A DNA stretch of 61,641 nucleotides, filler included, from Choristocarpus tenellus KU-1152 (taxonomy: Eukaryota > Protista > Phaeophyceae): NCBI GenBank assembly GCA_964200185.2. It is 11 parts of 11 records of this genome, joined end to end, with 100 filler letters (N's around TTAATTAATTAA, not from the genome) between each part and the next. Parts side by side here need not be neighbours in the genome. Positions count along the whole stretch, not along the records: positions 10,773 to 13,328 come from CAXNAD020026813.1; positions 13,429 to 25,042 come from CAXNAD020002223.1; positions 25,143 to 32,115 come from CAXNAD020006941.1; 8 more parts are not named here. One strand, 5' to 3'. Positions 12,083 to 25,472 of the stretch are shown here, one piece after another. Every line of letters begins with the position of its first letter. Position 1 is the first letter of the stretch. Below the pieces are notes generated by a model. The model saw only the letters and a program-made list of their open reading frames with translations, made no database searches and was not told the origin of the DNA. A program made the translations under genes and the position numbers.

Positions 12083-12291
12083 GGGCCTCTTGTGCCATTA
12101 ATATCATTTCAACGCTGTCTTAACTAGTAACTACTCCACGATTTCATTACTACAACTATCATTACTATTACTTCCACTAATCTTAGCACCAGCCAGAATA
12201 CCACCACGAGGCACCACACTAACAATACATTAAGGGAAACGCCATCCCTTGAATACCAAAACCTTCCACACACATATCCCCATCATCTCAC

Positions 12292-12688
12292 CTCCCCGGT
12301 ACCCGCCACAGCTGCTGTACTTCCAACTCCCCCTTGCCCCCGTGAGTGTGCTGCCTCAGATTGAACCATCCCCTCAGAACCCGAGGTGGTACGACCACCT
12401 GTACCAGCGACCTGAGGTAACAAAGCAGAACGCCTGCGCCCAGGTCCTGGTCCTCCACCTCCAACTCCCCCTCCAAGTAATGAAACCCCTCCAACTCCTG
12501 CCGAGACTGTACCGCGGCTAGCAGTAGTGCTGCTATGTGCCCCCCCCCGTGCCGCCATGTGTGTCATCTATTACGACACCCCAGTAAAATAAGACGCAAC
12601 AGAGCAAGGTGTGCGGTTTGAAGGAGGGGAAGAGGAAAAATCGATGATGCAGTGACCTTCTCATGGGACTCAAGCACTCACTCACTCA

Positions 12689-12719
<31 letters not shown>

Positions 12720-13328
12720 GCGCACGCAAGTACACCGGTGGCTCTTTTCTGTGTTTGAAAGTTGAAGGGGGGTAAATGTGGCAACCAAAAGTACGCCTTC
12801 CCCCCGGCAAAGATCACACAATTTTGAAATTGTGTTCTTGTAATCCGAACGGTACTTTGATGATTTGAACTGAGCGTATTCTTGCGGATACAACAGAAAA
12901 ATTTGAGGATGAACTCGCTGGGGAGTCAAGTAATGCCAACAAGAGTGTCCCCCGGTCCCCAACCAACATCCAAATTGTAACATCCTAATAGAGCCAGTCA
13001 GTCACCGCCAAAAAGACAACCCTAACCCTAAACGTAACTCTCGAGTTGCCAGGTTCATCTAGTGGGCAGACGTTTACAATACAACTAAATTTTGCATGCA
13101 AGAGACCACAGCATTACCTCTAAAGCTATTATGTCAGTTTCTAGCAGGGCTCCATCCGCCTCCCCAAGTCTCCGACAAAAACTAGCAGAAGCACGTCTGA
13201 ACAAGGTAGAGCTCTCACGCATCAGGATCGTAGGAGCAGTCACCACCCCTGTGAGAACAGGGGGGTGGTACCCGCCCCCTCCCCCAGACCCCCCCCTTAT
13301 CCTTCCCCCTTCCCCAGGGGTGCCCTCC
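12292..13328 (-). CDS. Unknown Gly-rich protein, partial; exons 13118-13328 and 12292-12567 (a further 3' exon near 11562-11645 or 11050-11325 is possible)
   Basis: Open, GC-rich, phase-0 compatible exons with GTAATG and GTGAGA donors and a TAG acceptor: ..RRASASFCRRLGEADGALLETDIIALE|MTHMAARGG..AGTGE. Confidence 0.5.
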
Positions 13329-13444
13329 NNNNNNNNNNNNNNNNNNNNNNNNNNNNNNNNNNNNNNNNNNNNTTAATTAATTAANNNNNNNNNNNNNNNN
13401 NNNNNNNNNNNNNNNNNNNNNNNNNNNNGTACAGCTTCGTTCTG

Positions 13445-16106
13445 ATGGGGGTTGTGTGTTTCACCATGGTATCGGCGTTTTCGTTGACTTCGGGATCATG
13501 GATATCATCGGGAAGGGTCCAACCTCGGATGATATCAGCGACCTCAGAAAAGTCGATGGTGGATCGCGTTCCACGCTCACTCAACAAAAGACAGTCGAGC
13601 GGTAAAGGTCGCGCAATTGGTGTCTCACCGTCCCAAGACACTGGACCATCGGTTGTTGGGGTGCGTCAGGTTATTCTCATGTGTGCTTGTAATAGTTTGC
13701 TTTTGACCACCAGATGTCCTTACTCTCAAGCATTATCACGCTTTCAACTCTCAAATGAGAGATTGTTAGTGTCCCCTTTTCCCCTTTGACCTCAGTTTGG
13801 CCATAATCGTTTAATCGTGTTAAGAGTTTAGAGGTCATACCGATCAATGAAAAGTGGCTAAGCAACTTGCAGGTACCTAGCTTGGACTGTCGCTTCCCTG
13901 ACTTCTTGTACGCTGTGTATTCTATCTCCTTTGTCACGTCGTTATCTCCTGTCGTTTTTTCCTTTCTACTTGGGGAAATTTAATACTTCCAGCGAATAAC
14001 GACGGAGGCGGCGTATTACCAGATGCTTGAGTCCAACCCTGACACCTTAGTGGTGGTGAAATTCTTTGCACCTTGGTGCAGATCCTGCAAGGCCATGGAC
14101 GTCAAGTACCAACGTCTGGCGAAGGAAACTCCGGGGGTTAAATTTTTCGAGGTGAGTGTGTGCAGTTGGCACCCACCATCAGAAAAGAAATGTATCGAGC
14201 TGTAACTCATTTCTTCATTGGTTCCTGTGGGTACTCATCTCATTCAACGCAGCGTTGTTCGTGTCTACTTACTGGATACGCCTCGTTGTCTGCCATAACC
14301 TGTATGTGGAGTTGACATCCGTCGTCGATCCCTGCCAGGTTGTGGTTTAGAGTCCATTGATGGAGGTGCATTAACTAGACAAAATCTTTCATTTTTTCCA
14401 CCTGGTGTAATTTTCAAAGTTAAAATAGGAAACCTGCTGTGTTACTAGTGTATTATTTAATCAAAAGTAGAGTTTACTCCACACTCCATTCCTTTTGTAT
14501 TATATACAATATTGCATGGTGTGCAGTCTTCCAATCTCAATACTCTGGGTTACGCAGGCATAACAGTACATCACGGGACAAACTACTTCTATCTTCTGTT
14601 CTTAAGCCCTGTTCTAACCTTGAACCTAAAATTACCAGCTCTTTGACACATCATACCCTTGTGAATTGCACATCAGGTTGATGTGGTGGAGGGAATTGAT
14701 CTCAAAAAGGCGCTGGGTGTGAGAGTGGTTCCGTCTGTTAAACTTTATGCAGGCAGCACCCTTGGGCAGGTAGCCAGCTTCTCATGTGGGCCTCGTAAGG
14801 TCAGAACAAACCTCACTCAGTTGTTGTATGATGTTTTAGTGTCCATATTGCCATGTTGTGGGTTGGCAAAGGTAGTCTCGTTGACTTCTTGCAAATTTGG
14901 ATATTTGATGACCTGTTTGTCAAATGACCAAATTTGTTTGTGGTTGATGCCTTTCACCACATTGGTACTATTGTCTTTCCTTTTGTTTTTCGGAACATGT
15001 GGTTGATGCTTTTCTTTTGTATGTTAGCATCCATTTATCCCCTTCCATCTCAATCTGGATACGCTCTTTGTTTCATTCACACCTCAGTTTCCAGAGCTTG
15101 TTCGCAAATTGGGTCTGTGCAAGGACGTACCTACACTGGTGAGCAAGGTTACTGCAGGCACATCAACCGGCATGATGGAGATGCATGAGGCTAAGTTTAT
15201 CAGCAACCTCAAGGTAAAATTTCAAATACCACACCACCCACTTATGCTCTTAACAGTATTACATTTTTCCTTCACAGTACAGTGTGTTAATTTAATCTTT
15301 ATGGTAATATATGTATGTGCATTTTGAGTCAAAAATGTGCCCAATGCTCAGATGGCATATTGGATATTTACTCATTTGTGCAAGTCATTAATTAATATAC
15401 CAATATTATCATTTGAAGTGGCCGTACAGTTTCATATATTTTTGTGGGTGATGTAAATCAGAAAAAAAATGGTACGATTGGGAGTCTTGTCCTTTGCCGA
15501 CCTCTATCACAGCACCAGCGTCCTTCCTAAACGTTTCTATAACCTGGACTTACATATGCACGATTTTTTCTTCCAAGAAAGTTCACGGCATGATTCTGGC
15601 GCTGTTTTATCTTTGTTTTATCTTCAGGTCCTGTGTAGTTACAGATAATGTTGTGAACCTTGGAGGTATATGTGACCTGGATGGTATGTATAGCTGTATG
15701 GTGAAAAGTTATGTCCAAATTTCTCACTTGGTTGTGGTTGCAGGAGAGGAAGCTATATTATGATTTTTATTTAACAGTCGGTGTCTTTTTCTAAATTGGT
15801 TACATACGTACTATCAAGGGTGTGGTGTGTACCAATTTACATCCTTTTCTTCTTTGAGATACACTTCCCCTTGGTGGTCAGGTGAAAATCACATCTCAGT
15901 ATACCTTGCCCGTTCTATGTTACTTTATTAAACAGGCACAAGTTGATGATGAGGAGTTGGCTCCAACAACATCGAACAGATTAGATACCTCAAAGGAGTC
16001 AGAGCCAAAGGGGTTGGTGATGGGGCTGATGGAGAAATTGGCACGACAGGAAAAGATGGCACGGGCACTAGGGGATGGTCAGCTCGGAGACCTATCCTTC
16101 CTTTAA
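13445..16106 (+). CDS. Atypical thioredoxin (WCRSC), probably plastid-targeted; exons 13445-13660 (or 13669), 13993-14151, 14677-14799, 15088-15213, 15936-16106
   Basis: All junctions are phase 0 with canonical sites. Translation includes LVVVKFFAPWCRSCKAMDVKYQRLAKE..KFFE|VDV..LGVRVVPSVKLY..FSCGPRK. The N-terminus VVCFTMVSA-FSL resembles a signal peptide plus the heterokont ASAFAP-type motif. The true start may lie in the upstream gap. Confidence 0.88.
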
Positions 16107-17104
16107 GGTTAACATTGCAGGGAATTGACAAGAAAGGTCTAGAGTAATGTATTTAGTTGGCAGGCATTACTTACAATAGGAGAGGTTAAGTATGTCTTGG
16201 GCAGTGAGGAAGTTGTCCACCTTCCTGGTCAAGTTTTTTTTGTGTGTGATGGTATCAACAGAGATTGTGTGTTGATTATCACGAAAGTGTTTGCCTGTGT
16301 TCCGACTCAAGTCTGCAGAGAGTGCCTTTCAAAAAATGTACTTTATCAAGACTCATTATTTGCAGGGGTAATTATCGGTTTTTTGCGCCTATTGCAGAGA
16401 TTTATCAATTAGGTGTATGATTGTGTTGTGTCGGTGACATTATTTTCCCGATACTGGGGTTGCCTTTTTTTGCTGTATATAGTTCTGTGAATTCATGTCA
16501 TGAGTAATAATTTCAAGTGTCATGTTGAGCAAGAGGAGAGGTGGGTGTAAACTGACAATTAAAAGAGTAAACCAATCCATATTCTCTACAGGGAATAAAT
16601 AAGCTTTTGGTCCACCAGTGTCGCTTTTCTCAGAACAGAATGGACTTATTTGTACCCAGTTAAAATAACTGAATAACCCATGCAAAAAGCCCTCGCAAAA
16701 TGTGTCCAGTCTGTTGTTGTGTCTGTTACCAAGGACAGTTGCACTTGAAATAGAGACAGTTGAATAGTTCAACAACCAATGGTGTTCCAATATCAGGTAC
16801 AATTTTATCTCCGTATTTATTTAGGAAAGACTTTCCTATCTATATATTAAACACAATCTGCTGTACATGATCATTCTCTCCGTCAAAGATGGTGATACTG
16901 CATTGTGGATGTTGGTCATGAACATACTGTACTAGAAGGAGGCAACTCTTTCTGATATTTCTCCATAGAGTGCATTTATTCATTCAGATCAAAAATGTTG
17001 TTGAGGGACTAATACTGCCCCAAGACTTGATATTTATATCATTGCAACAAAAAAATGGCAAGTTTTGTGAACAGGAAAACTCAGAAGGTGGAAAGAAAAA
17101 GTCC

Positions 17105-20100
17105 TTATGAAATGCGCAACTTCTTCCCCTCCACATTTTCAGATTGATCTGTATCTGTAAGTGGCATCTTGTTGTAATTTGTGTCGCGTGACTCCTCTGA
17201 ATTCAGACCAAGGTAGAGTCGATCGCCAGCATCCCCAATGCCAGGCACCAAATCCAAGCCATTCTGGTATGGTTTCCAGGACACATGCAGTAAATTGCGC
17301 AGATGGGAATGGAGGCAATGGTACCAATGCAATGATGGAGTTGTTCACAAGTAAGAACATCTGACATATAAAAATACTTCTGAAACACAGAAGAATCTGA
17401 TGTGCCTGAAAACATTGGATTTGAAAATTTTGATACGCTGTAGTCATTTGAGATTGTGATTACCAAACAGGTAGCAAATTTTGGATTTCATGACTGGACA
17501 TGCCATGTGATACAACTGTTGAAGGAAGTTGGAAACCAGGTTCAATGGGTTGAATTATATAGATGAAAGTGCAACATGCATGTTAAATTATAACTCCCTA
17601 TGTGTAGAAAGCATTCCTCTCATGAGTAGATCAATATAACTACCATGCTCTGCATGACAAGTCATACCTCAGCAAGGGTGTCAATGGAAGCTACATGAAC
17701 CTCCACATCTGGGTGTTGGTTGGTCAGAGCTAAGATGCCACATTTTGATGCTACCAATGTCACAACCTGAAAGAGGACAAAGATCGATGCATGCAAAACA
17801 CGTTATATGAGGACATTATAGAGAAATGGCAACAAAGCCAGTTTTACGCAGGGGACTATCCTGTGCAGGAAAATCAGAATGAGAAGATGCGAGCAACTTT
17901 TATGCATGTGTGGAGGGCGAAGTTAAGGCATGCCACACTTTACGTGAGGTAGACAAAATTTCATATCCCCATCAGAATCATTTAAATTCTCAGAAAGAGA
18001 TTTAACTTTATCATATAGCACACCAACTAGTCAACACTGACTCAAAAAAATTCAACAGAAGAAATGGACTGTTGTAAGCATTCCATACCCTTGCATGGAG
18101 TAGACTATCTTCCTGCCAATAACACAGGCCCTTTGTAATACATGACTTAATGGTTTATACTATACAATAAAAAAAAATTTGCAAAGAATGTGGATGCCAA
18201 CCAAGTATGTCACCAAAATGACACGGCAAACTTGTGCCATGCAACACCTTCAACTTTCAACCAACATGGCACAACCAATACACACACAGATAGCATGTAG
18301 GTGGGTGAAGCAAGGTGTTAGCACACTCACCTTGACCTTCCTTGCCCCCCACTTCTTCACAATAGAAACCACTGCACAGATGGTGCGAGCTGGCAGGAGA
18401 CAAGACAGGCACATTATATGGGTTAAGATAGTCAATGCAATGACCTTATTCCTCCAATACATCAATTCTTTTCATGTGTCTACAGTTCTATTAATACTAG
18501 AAAAAAGACAAAATTCATGCACAGATGAATTTCACACACATTCATGATGACAAAATATTTGTAGTGCAGCCCTGGACTACCCATGCTGCACTCCTCAAAG
18601 GTACAATAATAATTTTGATGCACTTGGACATAGCTGAAGAGGCAAATGCAGGTCAGGTAATAGGTGAACACTGAGCAATTGAGCGTTATCCATGCACCTT
18701 GTAAGCAGTAGTAATAGCATGTCCTTGGGTAAAACTTAGAACCTGTAACCTTGGTGTCCAATCTTAATGGAGAGACTCCCTATACATAATCCCATAATGG
18801 TATCAAATGTTGTGTACCTGAATTACGAACAAAGAATTCAAGATGCTCACTTGTCAAAAAGGACGCCACAATAATATTTAACATAGGTGTGCCTTATGTA
18901 TCGATCAACAATATTGTTTGGGGATGCTGCATCTAAGCCATTATCTTTAAGGGCATAGAAATTATTCTTACATGATGCAATGATGGGGTCCAGCACAAGT
19001 GCCACATCAGATGGGTGCCCCTTGGGTAGGCGGTTGTAGTATTGGACAGGTATCATGCTACCCGGGTTTCTGTACATGCCAATGTGGTACATAGGAGCAT
19101 TTGGAAGTAACTCCAGAAACACTTCAGACATGCCCAGACCACCCCTGCATTCGTGGACAGAGAGAGAGGACGTCACAACTCAATAGATGAGGAGATGCAA
19201 CTGTAGACCTTCTTCAATGTCTTCCAGTTTCTTTATTGTGGGGAATTGGAAAAGTAAACTTTCCCCCTGATAAATGCTCACCACTACCACCATTACGATA
19301 TAGATTAGTAATTAGTATTTATTGCAACTGCAGGTTGATGATGCAACTTTCATGAACACCACCTAGAGTTGTACTGGAGTGTGTATTACTTCAGTGTAAA
19401 ACTCCCCACTACCCTCTACTCTAATTAATAAAGTCATTTTTTCAGCACAATAAGATGCCTCTCGAGTCTAACATCTAACAGATTAATCGACTGGCGACAA
19501 CTACACAAATAATACACCAAACTACATCTCACTCTAGGGGAACACCCATTTCGGCTAACCTCAGAATTGGCACCACAGACACACTCTCTGCAATCTCGCT
19601 TCCAGGGCACATTAGATCCTGCCCATTACAATTTGTGTAGTTGATGCTAACAGCCTTTGTGCTCAGATCACGGGTGGCATCATACCTGCGATAAGAAAAT
19701 ATGTTGCAGTTAGTTGTTGCTTTGTGGTGTTCTGCACCCATGAGTTATTGCATAACCAGTAATTTTGTCCAAACCTTGTCGTCAGTTCTGACTGTAGGCA
19801 GGCAGGCCATCTTCTGTGCTCTTTCTTCTTTGCCATGGTTTCAGTGTGTTCTACGAACCTGAAAACAATGAACATCCACCCCTCCCATCTCCTCATGGCT
19901 CAACCTGGTTCAGCAGCTCTCCTGATTTTTGGCAAGTTAGCCATTCTCCTTTGCCTCTTCAAATCTTAGAGTGCTCGAATATAGTTACATATATAGTGAC
20001 GATCTACCGATCGTAGCTCGTGTGTAAAGCACAGTGAGCCTCAAGAGGAGGAAGGCCGAAGGAATTGAAGAGCAAAACGAAAGGAGTGTGCCTCTCTCAC

Positions 20101-20578
20101 ATTTACAATGTTCGTTGAGTATCTACTGGTGCCTACCTAAAACTCCATGCTCCCTCTCTCGTTTTCGAAACAGAAGATTACTCTAAATACTTTGCAACTC
20201 CTGGAAGGTTCGCTGTGCACATCACCAACTTCCTACGCCATCTTCCACACTGCTGGACGATGCATATCCGCCCACCAGAAGCCCACAACCAACTCAAGCG
20301 CACCACAGTAACTAGCTCACATAGCTCACCCCAGATAGAAAGTGATCTCACGAAAGAGAGCTCTAAATTCTCTAGAGCTAACCTCCTTCCTTCGCAACAG
20401 AGACAGCTTGTGTTGGAGCACCTGAATGATTCGTGGTGATAAGTTGAAAGGTAAAAGTGCGGGATACTCACTTGTTTTATTACATGAGCCCCATTGTTAG
20501 GAACTCTCGTGCTCTCACCGGGTGCTGGGATACCTCCACCTTCTGAATATTCACGTCAGGCATTGCGACAGTGGCCAT
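17105..20578 (-). CDS. upp: Uracil phosphoribosyltransferase; exons 20578-20519, 20421-20330, 19685-19560, 19144-18972, 18389-18331, 17766-17668, 17263-17105
   Basis: Phase-consistent splicing gives MATV..SQHP|VLQHKLSLLRRKEVSSREFRALFREITFYLG|YDATRDL..VVPILR|GGLGM..HIGMYR..YYNRLP..LDPIIAS|SRTICAVV..|VVTLVAS..HPDVEVHVASID..|..LVPGIGDAGDRLY. These are the recognisable UPRT motifs. Confidence 0.93.
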
Positions 20579-21629
20579 AGTAGTTAGGGGACAGCTGACA
20601 CGTTTGACGCGGTTCGTTTCCTTCTTTAGTGCTGTAAGAAGGTTGACAACCCCTTTCCTATTCAAAACTCTTATCAAAATGTAAACGTAAAGTTAGAGTA
20701 AACGTCAAAATCAAAATTCAACAAATAAATATTCACCTCTACAACAACCGTCCAACCCATACTTAACTCAGTTAAGTATCATCAGTTCGACCAGTTTTTT
20801 AAACCTTTCATATATTATGCATTTGAAGACTTGTGGGAATGTATGCGAAGGAAAAACCACAACAATTTTATTAAAAGAGTTGTCGTTGGTTGATGGTTAT
20901 ACACCTCCCTAAAATATTCACTCTTTAAAAAATTCATGTCCCCTTGAAGATTTTTCACCACTCCGAAATGATGTGTACAACCCTATGCTTAACCTAGGTT
21001 AGCCTGACGAAGGTGGTTGGTGAGGTTGGGAAGTATCCCATGATATAGTCACACCCCTTCTTGCCCACCTGCTGGGTGTCTCTACCTTAAAACGCATGAC
21101 TTGATCCTTATCGACAAAACTGTTCGAACTTGACTGATGATGCTGGAAAGGGGAAGTAGGAAGGACAAGTAAGTGCTCAATTATCAAGTCTCTGGTGACT
21201 GAAGATGGTCCTTGTGGCTGAGTGGTAAGGGTGACAACTACCCACGTGGATTTATTTGGTGGGATCAAACCAGACACCAGACTTCTTTCTATCAAAACCT
21301 GACTTCCTTAATCTTATTCCACATACATGCCAAGCACAACAGATTATACCACTGTGCTATTTCATTTTCCTGACCGTAGCTAAACCACAAAAAACAAAAA
21401 ACAAACAAACATCAAGGTCGAAACTTCGAGGTAAAAATTTCTCATGTCAGCAGAAAGGTGTGACTGTGAAAGAAACCTACTTCATTCAGAATCAAATATA
21501 AGATCAATTTTGCAGCCCCCATGAAGAATCAAGATTTTTCTCACATGTTCATATTTTATTATGGGTGTACTGTGAAGACACCTAAAGGTTGCCCACCAAA
21601 ATCTCAAGCAAAATAGGGCAGCCTACACA

Positions 21630-22930
21630 TATCTTTGATTCTGCCCCCGAGCCCTCCAAAACTCCCATTCCAGCATGCTATTTCGCCCCATCCACTGGAA
21701 CATTTGGTGGGAGTTGGAGCATTTGGTGGGAGTTGCCCGCCTTTTCGGTCTTTTCGTTGCTAAGATGGGGAACTTTGAAGATGCCGTCACCCTTGGACCC
21801 CAGCACTTCACATTTATTCCGAAAGAGACTCTGCCAGACGCGCGCTCTAGTGTCTCCCAGGGGTACATGTCGAGCATCTCCGTTTAGGCCTCCACCAGAT
21901 CCTCTGTGCTGGTCAACCCCACGCCTTCCATGCCTTTTCAGTTGCTGGATGGAATGAGAGAATCCCAAGTTGTTGATGTTGAGGTCAGGTGAGTTGACTG
22001 GCCGGGTCTCTATGACATTGTCGTCCCCCATCGCCCCTCAATTGCCTCCATGATCTCTTCCTTGCTTGGTGTGTGACTTTGCTCCATCCTGCTGCATGAA
22101 GATGGTGTGTCCTTCTGGTCTAGGCATGTGGGCCTTGATTGCCAGCATGACATCCTCAATAAGGACCTTCTTATACCTCTCTCTCCCCATCCACCGTGGC
22201 TGGCACAATCACCTTGATGCCCTTGGGGTGGTGTTTAGCGGAGTACTGAGCGACCTTAGTGTCCACGATTGGCCAGATCCTGATTTGCCCATCGAACCAC
22301 ACCCTGTTGAAGAGCTTCCTAGGGTGGATCACAGCTGCAAGGAACATCACCTTTGTAACGTAATGCTTATTCTGTGCCTGGGGGGTTGGGAGGGTCCTCA
22401 GCGGGTGCAGGCACACACCTTGCACATTTTTGAGGATGAAAAACCACTTCTCGTCCACATGCACCCCACTCTTGTAGATCACCCACTAATACCCCACTTC
22501 CCCACGTCCTGTGCGTTTGGCTGATGACAAAACCCACCCAGTGGACTTTCTGCTGGTCTGAGAGGATTGGCTTGATCCACAACTTCACCTTGTTCACCTT
22601 CTCGTGCTTGCACAAATCTCACAAGGCTAGGGAAACCCCAGCTTTGGCTGCCCATTTGTAGAAGGATATGTGGTGTGCCGATAGGACACACCAAATGTCA
22701 AGAATACTTCTACAATGGTCGCATCACCCCTTGCAGCATCGTGCAAGGTTTATACATTCACCCTGTATGATATGGCTGCCATACTCCTTCAGATGACAGA
22801 ACATGGTGATTCGGGAAATTCCGAATTCCTCTGTGATGATTGCCTCTGTCCTCTGAGGTGTATCCGAGTCTTGCGCCCTCTCACCTATCTCACCTATCTC
22901 ACCTATAGGCATTGCGCCACCACGCATTCT
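21630..22930 (-). mobile_element. Mariner (plant/oomycete DD39D-type) transposase pseudogene
   Basis: Fragments read IKPILSDQQK, VHVDEKWFF, KVMFLAAV..PR..FDGQIRIWP, IFMQQDGAKSH, PVNSPDLNINNLGFSHSIQ and FKVPH; multiple frameshifts. Confidence 0.9.
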
Positions 22931-23699
22931 TCGTCAGGATGTTTTGAAACTGGACCCTGAATAGATTTCTGTGCCAAAGAATTAGGACCAGTGGGTGACA
23001 ACGGGATGAGCAAGCAGCTCAAGCAACAGGGAGCCTTCATCCCAGGCATCCCAATAAACACCCGCTCTAACAGTTTCCCGAGGTTTTTGAACCCTGTCAA
23101 ATGTGACTTGGTCAACTTTGCACTGGTGATCCTCCACAGTCATGACAGTCCACCACCTCAGACTTTGCACGCCTCCCAATCTATACAAGAACTAAGCTTA
23201 GTCTAGAGGGTTTAGCACGTGGGTCATTCCCAGGCGAGAATGGAGGTTGCAAAGGTTACATTACATATAACTCTGAACGGAGGAATTACTTACATACTGT
23301 CATCGGTGTATGTCGATGTAGAGGTAAAAGCTATAACACCCCACTGATCCACCAAAATCCCCAACACCTCTCGTTGGCAGAAACCTCCCGATTTGGCCTC
23401 AAAATTGTCGCCCCAAAGATTTTTTGGTTATATTTGTTTACCTGGTATGGAGTACCTTCTGTGAATTTTCAGTCTTCTCATGTTCTATCTCAAAATCGTT
23501 GCCTCCCAACACCAAAAACAGGTGTTCATGCCTCAAAAATGGACTGCCACGCTCACACTTCTTTGATGACACAATTGTGCAGATGACAATCACGCTCTGG
23601 ATTGGTGTGCATAATGGCGCAGATGAACATCAACCACGGGGAATTTGAATTTTGAATTTGAATTTTGAATTTTGAATCCAGCTAGCGTTTGATACTCGG

Positions 23700-24642
23700 T
23701 TGTGGATGACAAAACAATCATTAGACTCCTACCTTGTCTGAATTACTCAACCAAAATTCACCTTGGGGACACATCCCTTGTGATCCAGCTTTGTTTAGCC
23801 CTCCTCTCCTCATCCACATGTATGTTTAGAAATACATCATTTCACTACTTGCCACATCTATTGGATTGGACAAGGACAAGACCGACCCACTCCTTCCAGT
23901 GGTGGAACAACAGCTTAGGCTTGGTGCACTGGGGCATTTACTTTGCTCCCATGGCCTTCAACCACCACCGGAGCTGCATTTTGGTGATGTCTACATTGAA
24001 TATTTTGCATTTTGGTGATGTTCACATAGAATATTTTGACCTTGGCCTTTAGATGCAAAATGGTCAAATAAATGTCAGCACTCAGAGTTGACCTCAATGA
24101 TCTGTTCCAACTTGGTGAGAGCACCATGACCTTTTCTAGGTGTCAAGATGGAGCGTGTGGCTGGCAGAAAGCTGCTTGCACCACCTTGTTCCACAACTTG
24201 GAGGCATAGCCTTTGGTGACCTTGAAATCAGCCTTGAGAGTCAGACCAACACCTCTTGCAAGGTTCAGTTGTCAAGGAGGCAAAGCAAGCATATATCGCA
24301 CAACCAACACGTAGCAACTCTCCACAGAGACCTCTTTATTGTCATGACGATCTGATGGGCTACCGGGTTCGGCCATCTAGCTGCTGTTGGGGGCCCTCTG
24401 TAGGTGTTGCAGCCTACCCTTGCTGTGCTGCTTGTGAAACACGGCAGAACTTTACCAAAAAAAAAAGTGAAAATTAAGCCGCGATTATCAGAATAAATTC
24501 CATGCTCAATTCTTCAAAAAAATGTATAGATTGTGCAAATCTGGTGCTATTGAATGATATCCTGTTTTCCAAACGTCTTCAGAAGTTGTGGGGATATCAC
24601 ATGCCGACCAAACATCCAACAGACCTATGAGACAGAGGAGTA
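23700..24642 (-). mobile_element. Second mariner-like relic (N-terminal HTH region plus a candidate terminus)
   Basis: Minus frame ~24170-24350 reads VSVESCYVLVVRYMLALPP*QLNLARGVGLTLKADFKVTKGYASKLWNKV, resembling mariner N-terminal HTH spacing. TATGAGACAGAGGAGTA near 24627-24643 resembles the Stowaway/plant-mariner end TGGGACGGAGGGAG-TA. Confidence 0.4.
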
Positions 24643-24899
24643 AATTTCTTTTTTTTTAATATGGTGTGAAGGCGTGGCTAGTGACAATAGAGCAAGGCTA
24701 TTGAAGGCAGACTTTTGTTTCTATTAAGTGAAACAATAATACGTTCTCTATTTTTATATCATACATTAGTTTATGGAGTAATATTTATTATTATTTTTTA
24801 TTATTGTTGTTTGTCACACATTTGTCAGGGATGATCCCCGACATGTGATCAGAGGCACTACAGGCACTACTTTATATCATACATTAGTTTATGGAGTAA

Positions 24900-24934
<35 letters not shown>

Positions 24935-24943
24935 GTTGTTGTT

Positions 24944-25042
24944 GGGTCAAAGTGTCTGGGGGGTTTGCGGTTGTCCATTTGGGGTCAATTTTTTCCTTGT
25001 CGTGATTTGGTTGCATACGTCAGATGGATAATGTAATTGCAC
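24944..25042 (+). mobile_element. MITE family B left part, broken at a spacer
   Basis: GGGTCAAAGTGTCTGGGGGG..GTCCATTTGGGGTCAA..TTGGTTGCATACGTCAGATGGATAATGTAA. Confidence 0.8.
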
Positions 25043-25472
25043 NNNNNNNNNNNNNNNNNNNNNNNNNNNNNNNNNNNNNNNNNNNNTTAATTAATTAANN
25101 NNNNNNNNNNNNNNNNNNNNNNNNNNNNNNNNNNNNNNNNNNGCTGGGGAGAGCATGGTTGGATGGATTGTTGGCGTTCTATGCCCCCCACCCCAAGAGG
25201 GCTTAGGGGAAATTTCTGGCATTCCCTTCTCTATCTCTCGCAGTTCTTACCGTTTTCCCTCGACAGGTGTTGGTGTACAAGTGTTTGTGGACATACATAT
25301 ATTTGTATATCCGAAAGGCATGAAGTTTTGCATCACATCCCCCTGTGGTTTGGACCAAAATTCCACCCTTTATTTGAACCAATTCTGTTTTCAGGTGTGT
25401 GTGGAACACCTTCGCAGCTCCGCAGGGACGCATCGACGACAATACGTATTTCTGCGCTCTGCAGTGGGTGCA

